Shown here: positions 37,000 to 46,647 of the stretch, piece after piece | Numbering within the stretch: the stretch's first letter is position 1 | How the letters are laid out: the number at the start of each line of letters is the position of its first letter | Notes under the pieces: generated by a model | Seen by the model: only the letters and a program-made list of their open reading frames with translations | Databases searched by the model: none | Told to the model about the DNA's origin: nothing | NCBI GenBank assembly: GCA_010015805.1 | Contig: ML978135.1 | Location: 682,001-728,647, forward strand | Origin: Rhizodiscina lignyota | Lineage: Eukaryota | Length of the DNA stretch: 46,647 nucleotides | Reading direction: 5' to 3' | Translations under genes and position numbers: made by a program

Positions 37000-38151
37000 T
37001 CACTCCTTGCTCATTGTCCCCTCCGATTCCCCGTCAGAAGGTGTCTCGTCTGAACCAATTGACAAGCTGCTCCTCCTCGATGCTGTTCTAGGCCTCAGGT
37101 CTGGCGATGATGCGGCAGATATCGATGGTATGGGGGAGCGGGAAGGCGACCTTGAGAGCGTTCGGGATGATTGCGACTCCGACTCGAAGTCAAAGGTTGC
37201 ACTGGTGTCTGATCCAAATTCGAAAGCATGAGGGGCCAGACTCCGTTGCTGTCTTCGTTCTATTCGTTCTCGAGCCTCTTGAAGCTCAATACCCCAAGCT
37301 CTTACATCTTCAAGATCGTCCAGAGCCTTTCGGGCGTCGGAAAACTCATTATACCAATGCCGGGCAACTTCGTTTATTTGACTTTTCTGGCCGACTTTGT
37401 GCCATCTTCGACAGAGCAAGTCAGACGCCAGTCTTCTGAGATCGGAAAGTTCGAAACACGTCCCTGGATTGGCCGAAAGCATGCGCTCTATTCGGCGCTG
37501 CGCATTGCGTTTGCATGCGTCTGAGATCATCCACTGGCCGCAGCGGAAGCCTTTGTTGGTGGTACCGACGCATGTGAATTCGCTTTCGAAGGGATCAAGG
37601 CTTTTGAAGAATTCGGGGATCGAATCTCGGAGAGTATTGAGAGCATCAGCTTCGGCTTCTCGCTGCTCTTCCTCTGCATCCTCTTGTTCTTGCGAAGGGG
37701 CCTCGACCTCAGGAGCTTCATCTCCGTCATCCTCAAGCGCCTCTTGCTCTTCGCGGGCTTCCTCTTGAGCTGTAGCAAACTCTTGTGTTGTAGCAACCTC
37801 TTGGGCTGTAACAATCTCTTCGATAACGCGTTGTGTGATGACTCTGATGTTCTCGACGCGTTCCTGCTCTAAACTTGCACGAGCAGCATTAAGTCGCTCT
37901 ATCTCAGCATTAGTGTTAGCCTGGAGTTGTGCAGCGATAGAACTTGCGGTTGCTTGGGCTGCTGCGTCACGTTGACGTTGCCGCGTACATTTGGAGGAGA
38001 AGGCGATTGAGAGCGTGATATGGAGGAGCTGTTTGATGAGCTCATATGAGAGTACGAGCCATATTAGAGAGAACGCGGCATCTCCGACGGCGTAGTAAAT
38101 GATGGAGAGAGACGAGACAGAGAAGAATAAGGAGGGCGCCGGAGAAGACAT
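37000..38151 (-). CDS. Orphan protein: N-terminal TM, coiled coil, acidic tract, Cys/His putative Zn module, Ser-rich tail
   Basis: Intronless 383 aa ORF; CVGTTNKGFRC..LLCRRWH. Confidence 0.75.
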   Translation of the reverse strand: MSSPAPSLFFSVSSLSIIYYAVGDAAFSLIWLVLSYELIKQLLHITLSIAFSSKCTRQRQRDAAAQATASSIAAQLQANTNAEIERLNAARASLEQERVENIRVITQRVIEEIVTAQEVATTQEFATAQEEAREEQEALEDDGDEAPEVEAPSQEQEDAEEEQREAEADALNTLRDSIPEFFKSLDPFESEFTCVGTTNKGFRCGQWMISDACKRNAQRRIERMLSANPGTCFELSDLRRLASDLLCRRWHKVGQKSQINEVARHWYNEFSDARKALDDLEDVRAWGIELQEARERIERRQQRSLAPHAFEFGSDTSATFDFESESQSSRTLSRSPSRSPIPSISAASSPDLRPRTASRRSSLSIGSDETPSDGESEGTMSKE

Positions 38152-39010
38152 GGCGTAAAAGTAGAAGGATTTACGAAAATACGAGCGAGAAGATGGATAA
38201 AAGCCAGACGATATTCAAAGCGGTGGTCCACTTGCGGCAGAATCAAAGCAACGCTCGACATCAGACCTGTTCTTTATAATGAACTCTTTACCCAATCTAA
38301 ATCAAACAGGTGCGTAGGCATCAATATCGCAAAGCCAGCAGTGATTCTAAGCCGCAAGTCTGAGCCTCAGGCCAGAAAGTTCGAGCCTGGGAGCCTAGGA
38401 TTCGCACCGAACTGTAACATGGATGTCTGGAGATGGTGTGGCACTCTCCGCTGCCGTTGGAGGAGCAGACAGTGCAAGTGAACGGTTCGAGCAGCGTGCA
38501 GATATTGCATGCAGATATTGCGTGGCGGTGTTGCTCCTCTTGAAACATGCCCATGCCCCACGGCGCCGCCGACACTGGGAGCATGCGAGAAGCTCTGGAA
38601 GGAGGAGTCCATTGTCGGACAAGAAGGGAGATTGGGGTCTAACGTAAAGAATGATCTTCAGCCACGGAGAGAGGAACTGACTAGAGGTGAAGTCTCTCAT
38701 TGCGCAATCGTGAGATCGACTGAGCCCGCAGGATTCATCGCGGGCCACTTTTGCGGCGTTGCTCCCGTTGTGGCTCGTGTTTAGAGTTACAATAAGGTTA
38801 CATTAGGCTTGTCAGAGGAATAAGGCAACGTACCATCGGTGCCTCCGATTTGCTATAGGCATGCAGGGCACTGTCAACGCTCGTGGCTAGTGTGTCGGAG
38901 CTGCTATTCTTCCACTTCGACGCCTCAATCCCTGAAGAAGACTATTTTATCTCTAAATGATACTATCAACTAAGCTTTTTGTCTGCGGGAACAGCCGCAA
39001 AGCTAAGGTT

Positions 39011-41308
39011 CTACCTCAAAGTCACCCGCCTCCATTCTCGATCCTCCAACCTCACCCAGTCACTTTCCCTCAGTTCGGCGCATCCGAGCCGATAAGCAAC
39101 ACCATCTATCCACTCCACCACCAGCGCGGAAAGGAAAGATGAATCGAATTCTCCTCCGAGCTTGCGATGAATGATTACAAAATCCACTTCTACCGCCTCC
39201 TCTGTGGCATCCGGGTCTAACTCTTCGAAGTTTTCACTCGCAGGTCCTATGTAGATGCGAGGCAGATGGCTAACATCACCCATCCAGACGCTAACGCGAT
39301 GCTCCAATAGCTTCTTCAAGCTTGGCACGGGGTCCCACTTGTAATCCAGTCTGGTCTGACAGAGCTGCAAAGTTGCGACGCTGCTGCAGAACTGCAGTGA
39401 TCCGTTCACACCAGGGAGAAAGTCCACTGGCTCGTCAGTCGGAGACGCTGCAAACATGTCCTGCCCCTTCCAAGCACTGCGCAACTCCTCCCGCTCCAGA
39501 ATATCCAGAACATGTAGCTTGTCCCATCTCTCTCTTACCCTCCTCAGCCTGCCCGGGTCATCGACATGATAATACTTTATTTCTGGCTCGATGTAACTCC
39601 ACCGCTGCTCCATGGACGGACGGAAATTTAGCAGTAACCATGGATTCCCGCTCTCACTCTTCGGTCCGCACCAGGCAGCCCAAGTCCAGGTTGGAAAAGA
39701 CATATTGTGACCTTGGCCGTTGGTAGATACCACGACCGTGGTTGCTCGATTGCGCTCATGCGAGCCGATCATGAACCAGCCCAGGCAATACGAGAAAACA
39801 GACTCCGGAATACCCCAAATAGAGGTGTCATCCTGGGATGCGGTCAAAGCATTCAGGATACCAGTGAAAGCTCTTACATTGTCAGACTGCATTGTAATGT
39901 TGCGCTGCTTGAACAATCCAACAGCAGATTCATAGGTACCATGATACTCCTCCTGGCTGACCGACGCAGTTGGTATGGCAGGCTCCTCGGGACCACTGTT
40001 GGTTGGATCTGTGTGGAAATCTACATCCGGGACACCTTCCAGGCACACCTCTTCCAGATACGTCGATCCTTTGCAGCTCCAGTAAACTTGTTGCTCCGAA
40101 AATATAAGTTTCCTGGAAGAGAACAGCTTCTCTTGCCAAGTCCAGGCTCTTGTTTGCCAATATGAGCCCGAGAGACCCGAGTAATAATCACGCTCGTCGA
40201 TCACAGTGATTACCGTTGCCCCGTTCTGTCGCAGGACGCGCTGAGGGGGTCGTCTTGTGCCCTCTCTGATACCTGGCAGACCGGCGTTGGCATTGTCACC
40301 ATGCGCTGCGACAACAGTGAAGATGGCATGGGCATAAATGGCTCCCATATTGTCGATTTGTGCCTGCATGTTTTCCAGATCGTCCTGAACAATGCAGAGA
40401 GCATCCACCCAGAGAAAGCATTCCCCAATATCTCGAACAACCTGAACGGCATCAGCTATCGTCAGGGGAATATCCAGGGTACTGAGTGCTCCCGGCGTTT
40501 GGAGCAATGCGGAGTTCTCTTTCAGGTGTCTCAGAACGGAGACGCAGCCCCAGACATAACTAAGCGCAACATAACGACAATTGGGAGGTTTTTCAACAAC
40601 GCATGCTTCGTGGACATCTATGACGAACATCCCAGGTACGCCTGAGTCTACAATGTGCTGCCTACAGCTGTCTTGGTGGCTCTGCTCGCACGTGTGCAAC
40701 CAGTACTTGAATAGGGATGACTGGACTGTTTCTGTAAGTATTCGACCGCTCAGCCTGCTCCGTGCAATGCAGTCATCAAGCTCTTCGTCCTTGTATTCCG
40801 AGAAGTCTGAAATGCACGGAAGCGCATCATTACAAGCCTGGAATGCCAGGACCTCTCGAACCTCTCTCTTCCTGTTCGCATCTTGCTCATAATGGAATGC
40901 AGGTCCGATTGCACCCGTTGCTTCTGGTGGCACAAAGCGATAGCCGCCTCTGGTGGTGTATGTCTGGGCAGATTGTTTGCTTGAACCGGCGCGATCGGTG
41001 GAGCAGAATCTGTACTGCAGATTGATCTGTACGGTGCCTTCAGTGTCACAATCCTGCTCGTCCAACGCAGATGCAACGAGTCGGCAAAGATCACAGCGGC
41101 TACGACGTTGGAGCACAGTATCAACACTTCCGAGATCGACGAAGCTGCTGGGTTGATATTCGGAAGCCTTCAAGCGGGCTGCAGCAAGGGTGCAGAGGCC
41201 TTGCTGAGTACAGATTTCGCAGAGCTTGCTGTCCTCCCACGCCGATTGTGCTTTTTGTGGACCCGCGTTGCGTCCTCCTGCTGTGCCCGCAGATGGATGA
41301 CATTGCAT
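39011..41308 (-). CDS. HET-domain (heterokaryon incompatibility, tol-like) protein
   Basis: YVALSYVWG, LWVDALCIVQDD, MGAIYAHA, WQTRAWTWQE, FPTWTWAAW; N-terminal CxxC pairs. First in-frame ATG is 41308 (the ORF track starts at GTG 41341). Confidence 0.92.
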   Translation of the reverse strand: MQCHPSAGTAGGRNAGPQKAQSAWEDSKLCEICTQQGLCTLAAARLKASEYQPSSFVDLGSVDTVLQRRSRCDLCRLVASALDEQDCDTEGTVQINLQYRFCSTDRAGSSKQSAQTYTTRGGYRFVPPEATGAIGPAFHYEQDANRKREVREVLAFQACNDALPCISDFSEYKDEELDDCIARSRLSGRILTETVQSSLFKYWLHTCEQSHQDSCRQHIVDSGVPGMFVIDVHEACVVEKPPNCRYVALSYVWGCVSVLRHLKENSALLQTPGALSTLDIPLTIADAVQVVRDIGECFLWVDALCIVQDDLENMQAQIDNMGAIYAHAIFTVVAAHGDNANAGLPGIREGTRRPPQRVLRQNGATVITVIDERDYYSGLSGSYWQTRAWTWQEKLFSSRKLIFSEQQVYWSCKGSTYLEEVCLEGVPDVDFHTDPTNSGPEEPAIPTASVSQEEYHGTYESAVGLFKQRNITMQSDNVRAFTGILNALTASQDDTSIWGIPESVFSYCLGWFMIGSHERNRATTVVVSTNGQGHNMSFPTWTWAAWCGPKSESGNPWLLLNFRPSMEQRWSYIEPEIKYYHVDDPGRLRRVRERWDKLHVLDILEREELRSAWKGQDMFAASPTDEPVDFLPGVNGSLQFCSSVATLQLCQTRLDYKWDPVPSLKKLLEHRVSVWMGDVSHLPRIYIGPASENFEELDPDATEEAVEVDFVIIHRKLGGEFDSSFLSALVVEWIDGVAYRLGCAELRESDWVRLEDREWRRVTLR

Positions 41309-42660
41309 CGCTGGATGGTCGGGGACGATCGTCCCTGGCACGCCTGGCTAAGTTCGAATGCGAACACAATTTGTATAGCGGCGCCGTTGAGTGCGGACGA
41401 TCGGATTACGAGAGCGAACGAGACAACGTCATTTCCGTGGACAGGCACAAACAGCGGTGGATGCACGTGACGGTTCCTGAATTAGCTCCCAAGACGCCCG
41501 ATCAATCACCGCCGGCGCCCTTTCGGGCGCCAATGTGCCAGATGGCTGAAGGGGCGTGCGGTCGCAGGACTCGCGGCAAGGATGAAGGCAGTGCTTGGAA
41601 GGGGACGGGCCATCCCATCTGCAGAGCTGCGCTTTGACGGCGAGCACTGGAGACGATTCCGAGTGCCCGTGCACCCGGTAGCTGGCGTTCAGCTGCATGC
41701 TGGAAGTGAACTCCATTGCACCCAAATGCGGGGGAGGTCGCGATGGCCAATAACTCCACCACTCGCCCCATTGGGACGGCGAAGAGCCGCAAGGCGCCGG
41801 GCATCGCGCAGCTGTGAAGACGTGAGTCGGCAGGTTACGTGCGTAAGTGGTTGGACGACTTGTGGCCGCGCCGGCGCTTTGGGAGAGGTGCAGCATCTAG
41901 TGAAATTAGACCACTTATTAGACAGCTCCCTCCAGAGAGCCGCCTTTCTTTTGTGCGTGTCGGTTCGGCGCCCACAGGGCAGATCAAACCCACCCCTGCC
42001 AGCCCTCCGCACAATCTCCCACACTAAGGGCGACGCTACAGATCAGATAGTCAGCGTAGGCAATGCTCACTGGATAAGGACAGACGTCTCGGCGCGCGCT
42101 CTTGTCCAACCTTCACGGCGCCCTTTGTCCGACCCAACCTCCACCAAGATCCGAGGACCCTTTCCAAATCTACAGCATTTGCTTCCTTACCTAGTCCGGC
42201 GTGCGCATTCTAAGGAGAGTCTAGCGGCATCTGCCTCGGCGCACAGAGCAGTCGGTGTCAGTGTACAAGCCAACCGCCAAACCGGCCGCTGCGCTCGACT
42301 CCACCACCGCGCTTCTATTTTAACGACGCCTACCCCTCTCCATATCACAATTCACCGTCACAACCCTCCACCATCGCGCTACACAGCTGACTGCATTGGG
42401 GCACCATTCTGGCCTCCTCGCCGACTCAAATTCTCGCGCTCTGGGAACTGCCTGTGCCTCGAGACCCGCTTACTCCATCCCAAGCACTGCGTGGACTCAT
42501 TGGCCCGGCCACGGCTGTCACGCTCCGGAGCTCCCAATGTCTCTATCGCGCAAGACCCAGAGAGACGTCTGGGCGAGGTTCTCTCTGCATCCTTCTTTGT
42601 TCCTTGACTGAGACTCGCTCTACGCGTTCGGGCTCCGCAGCCAGCTGAGGGCGGCCGCCA

Positions 42661-45600
42661 ATGGATTTCCAGGTCCCCACCGGCTTTCCTGCACAGCTGC
42701 CGAGCGGAGCTCCAGACGCGCCTCCCCCATCGCAGCCTCCACCTCAACCATCGAATCCGAAACTTCGTAAGAGGACGAAGACAGGATGCCTTACTTGCCG
42801 GAAGCGCCGTATTAAATGCGGCGAAGAGCGCCCGACATGCAACAATTGCCAGAAGTCCAAGCGCCATTGTGAAGGCTACTCTCAGCGCGTGGTATTCAAG
42901 TCTCCCATTGGAAACTGGCCATCTTCCCAGCATGGCGGCGAGACGACGCTCCAGTATCACAGCAGCATGCTGCCTGGTTCTGGACGGCCTGTCTACGGAC
43001 GAGCAGCGCCGCCAGCGCTGCAGCTGGATGCGACTGGCCAGATCGTGCCAATCCAGCCGAGGAGTGCATTCGAGAGTGGCTTCGCTTTCAACGCCGCTGG
43101 TCAGATCGTTCCCATAACACCGCTGACGCCAATGACTCCGATGGTACCGATGAGTGCCGGCCCGTTTGTATCGTTGGGCCCGGATGGAGCGCCAATATAC
43201 GGTCAACCACTTCAATATTCACCTTCCATATGGCACTCAATGCAATATCACTATGCTGCTCAGCAGGTACAAGCTCCAGCATCGGCAGGATACAGCCAGC
43301 AACACCATGCCACAGCATTTGAACAGCAAATGCAGCCAGCCGCGTATCATGTACCCCAAGGTTTCCAAATGCCACATATAAGCCCTCAGGACCAAATGTC
43401 TATGTTTAACGAGGCTCGGCAGCAGGCGCAACCGAGAGCACTGCAGGATGAGCAACGTCCTGGACAGCCAATTAGTCCACCGTCTTCGAATGAGGATCAG
43501 AAATCTCCTGGCCAGGACATGCGTCAACCTTCGCAACAACAGCGGCAGTTCTCGATTGATTCAGGGTATCATGGTATGCCTTCGCAAAGCTACGAATATG
43601 TGCCTCCACAACAAGTACCTGGTGATCATGTGCAACAAGGCCCGCCAGATGCCAAGCCTGCTGGAGACCGAGGCTCTTTTGGTATGTTCGACGAAGACGT
43701 TATCATGCGCAGACTAATAGTTGTTCTATTCCAGATCACGTATTTGCTCCCACGCCCATTCGATCCCACTTCACGGAAGACATACTTCTTACGCAAGGCG
43801 TCCCTGAGCAAGTTGTTGTCGCGAGTCCGAACGAGCTGCTGCAAGGTGCTGCCATTGAGAATTATGATGACGATTATTACGACGTGCAATCGGACGATGA
43901 GATGGACGAAGACATACCCTCGAGTGTCGTGACAACGCAACAGCATGATCTTGGCGCGATGCTGACTGTCTATCGTCAACACATGTCTGATATCGGGATG
44001 CGCCGGTACGATGCATTCATTTACGAGGGAGTCCTGGATCAGTATCGCGCTGAGCAGCATGCAAATCCACTCAAGAACCCGCGAACTGCACGAGTATTTG
44101 CCCATTTCATACATGCGACCGGTCCAAGTTTGGGGATATTCGAGCGTAACCCGCGCAATTCTTCTGCAATGTTCGGTGGTCCTCCTCTTCCGACGATTCA
44201 GCAATCTCTCTGGACATACTCGCTACCAATGATGGCTCTCAACAACCAAGGTCTTCTTCATGCGATGCTGGCGTTGGCATCGCTGCACATTGCGAATCTC
44301 CAGGGCGCTTCTGCGACGCCGTCGCTGAAGCATTACACGTTTGCATTGAAGCGCGTCCACAGCGCCGTTGGGAGTGATCGCAAACGGCATAATATCACAA
44401 CGCTCGCAGCGACGCTACTGTTGGGCTACTACGAGGTCATGACAGCTGACCATGCAAAGTGGTGTAGTCATCTCGCGGGTGCGAAGCAGCTCCTGAGTGA
44501 GATCGACTATCCGACGATCACCAAGGAGGCTAGACGCATGCGCACCGAACAAGAAGCGTTGGAGCAGAACCCTGTGCATGGCTTTTCCATTGCCGCTTTC
44601 AATGTCCATACCGATCCTGGCCAATCCCATTGGCAGAATATGATCGACGAGAACCTCGTTAGCAATATCATCGGCCGCGAGCTGCGTTATGACGAAGTCG
44701 GCATGATCATAGGAGAGATCGATGACACAGCTGCTCCGCAACCTGGAAAGAAGCTTCCGGCGCAGTTGGATCTTGCGCTCTATGATCTGTACCAAGACCT
44801 GTGGTGGTGGTTTGCGCGACAGGATGCATATCAGTCTGTTGTGAGTGGCAACCGGTTGCTCATGGATTACAGGAGATGGTCAGATTGTCCGCCAAGAGCG
44901 AGGATGGGACGGAAGGAAGCGACGTACGGTACACATGATCATATCATCCTCTTGTTGGGCAGAATTGCGGACTTCAGCGCAAGAGACCGGAGTAGGAAGC
45001 TGAAGTATTGGAAAGTGAACAACAATGGACAATGGAGACCGCCTTCTGATATGACGTTTGTGAATCTCGGGAAGATGAGGCCGCCGCCTGGTATGGGTCC
45101 GCCGCCTGGTAGAGGAGGACCGCCACCGGGCATGAATCCGGGATCCGGTCAAGCGCAAGGCTTCGGAACGAACATGGGAAGAGGCATGCTCGCGACCCAA
45201 CCTAACATGGACCCGCAACAACCAGGACCTTCATTTCCTCCCTCTGGCCCACCACAACATCCTCAACAAGGCCCTCCAGGAATGGGTGGACCTCCCCCGC
45301 CACCGCCCCAGGTACCATTTTACGGAATGGCTCCGTCTGCAGAAAAGTCCTGGATGCCCACCTCTTACGCAGTTCGCCCTGATCAACCCGCGCATCCCGA
45401 CTCTCCCGAGTCCACTGGTTCGAGCCCAGACGAAGACGCGCTGAATACCGCAATTGCAGACTGGTCATCCATTCGCTCCGCACTCCACACCATGCACTCG
45501 TCATTTGGGAGTGCCTTCAAGCCCGACCCGGCGTACGGCCAACCGGCCGCGCGTGCACCTGGAGGGCCTCCTAGCTTCCCTCCCAGCGGTCTGGCCGATG

Positions 45601-46517
45601 CGTTTCAGAGTCCCTTCGGTCCGGCAATCTGCTATAGCTCATTCGACGTCGCAGTCTTGAACGCCCTCTATAGCATGACCCAGATCGTTCTCACGCGCGC
45701 ACATCCGCAAATGCCTCCCGCGAGCATGATCGCCGCGGGCGTGGCCGGCCAGTTCACTGGAAAGGAAGCGAATGAGATTGGGCAGATTGCAGCGGGGATC
45801 TTTGCGTTGGCCATTGGTTCGCTGACGCCGAGCCGTGGCGCGGATGGCGTGGAAGAGATGGACAGACCGAGAAAGGCGCTTAATCCCAGCATTGGTGGCA
45901 TGCTGTGCGAGATCACGATGCCGCTCTTCTTCGCGGGTGTGCAGTATCAAGCGCAATCGCAGAGGGCCTGGTTGGTGGACCATCTACGCGAGGTAGAGGT
46001 TCGCGCGGGCTGGGCGACTGCAGGTATTATTGGCCATGGTTGCGAAACGGCATGGCGACGGATGGCGGATAATGGAAGGGGCCCGCCGTATGCCAGGAGT
46101 GGATATTGGGCGAAGGGAGCAGAAGACCAGAAGGATCCGAGCCCTGGGACCGCAGACGCGCCGAAGAAGAAAGAGCGCAGGAACTGGGGAGTTGGCGTGA
46201 GGGGATTCGAAGGAGAGGAGCCGCCTCCTGTGGGCCTCAAGATTGAGGACGACTACGAGGATGAGCGGAAGTTGAGGGAGACGGTGCCTCTGCCCGGGCG
46301 ATCGAAGCCCCTGAAGATAGGGCAAGACGAGAGGGTCATTATTGCGAACGACGGAATCGTAGAGGGCGAGAAGAAATACGAGCACCTCAGGAATGAAGAG
46401 ATCTACTCCAACCGCGGGCAAAGGACTCACTGGGCACTGGGCCTCATGAGCGACGACAGAGACATGACGGAGGAAATCCGTACTCAGATGGACCAGCAGC
46501 AGCAATCGCAACAATAG
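42661..46517 (+). CDS. Zn(II)2Cys6 transcription factor with fungal-specific TF domain (Fungal_trans_2-like), ~1267 aa; intron 43682-43734
   Basis: KTGCLTCRKRRIKCGEERPTCNNCQKSKRHCEGY; LLHAMLALASLHIA..ATLLLGYYE..WCSHLAGA; PLFFAG. Confidence 0.92.
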
Positions 46518-46647
46518 GGACGCCAGCTGCACGATTTGTACGACAATGACGAGTCTTCTTTTGGGGCATTATATTTCCGGGTTTAGAAAAAGAGACGGAG
46601 CGAATCTACCTTGCATCCTGGCTTGCCGCTCTAAAATCTGTTTTTGG

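Noticed and set aside
41582..42607. 341 aa plus-strand ORF upstream of the TF
   Set aside because: Arg/Pro/Ser-rich, no motifs, out of frame with the TF, lies in a GC-rich divergent promoter
42454..42660. Non-AUG N-terminal extension of the TF
   Set aside because: In-frame TGA at 42646-42648
1..46647. Transposon or Starship element
   Set aside because: No transposase, reverse transcriptase, tyrosine recombinase, terminal repeats or AT-rich RIP block recognised

Overview
Gene-dense, intron-containing DNA from a filamentous ascomycete (Pezizomycotina-type GT..CTRAC..YAG introns). A core housekeeping block (KRE9, BTB protein, pepP, ROT1, FAU1, SmE, MTR10, RAD4-like; ~17.3-32.7 kb) is flanked by two accessory-looking regions. 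The left region holds a disrupted T5orf172/GIY-YIG-like nuclease gene, an alpha/beta hydrolase, a secreted protein, an IPC-synthase-like protein, SUR7/PalI, a PTH11-like receptor and a GFA protein. The right region holds a membrane protein, an FAD monooxygenase, an orphan Zn-motif protein and a HET-domain protein, followed by a large Zn2Cys6 transcription factor. No tRNA, rRNA, CRISPR array or transposase was recognised. The most notable signal is a C-x9-C-x42-C-x2/3-H module with identical spacing in two otherwise different membrane-anchored proteins 36 kb apart: one is fused to the nuclease but cut by an in-frame stop, the other lacks a nuclease and lies next to the HET gene. All family calls are from motif recognition by eye, not database searches.
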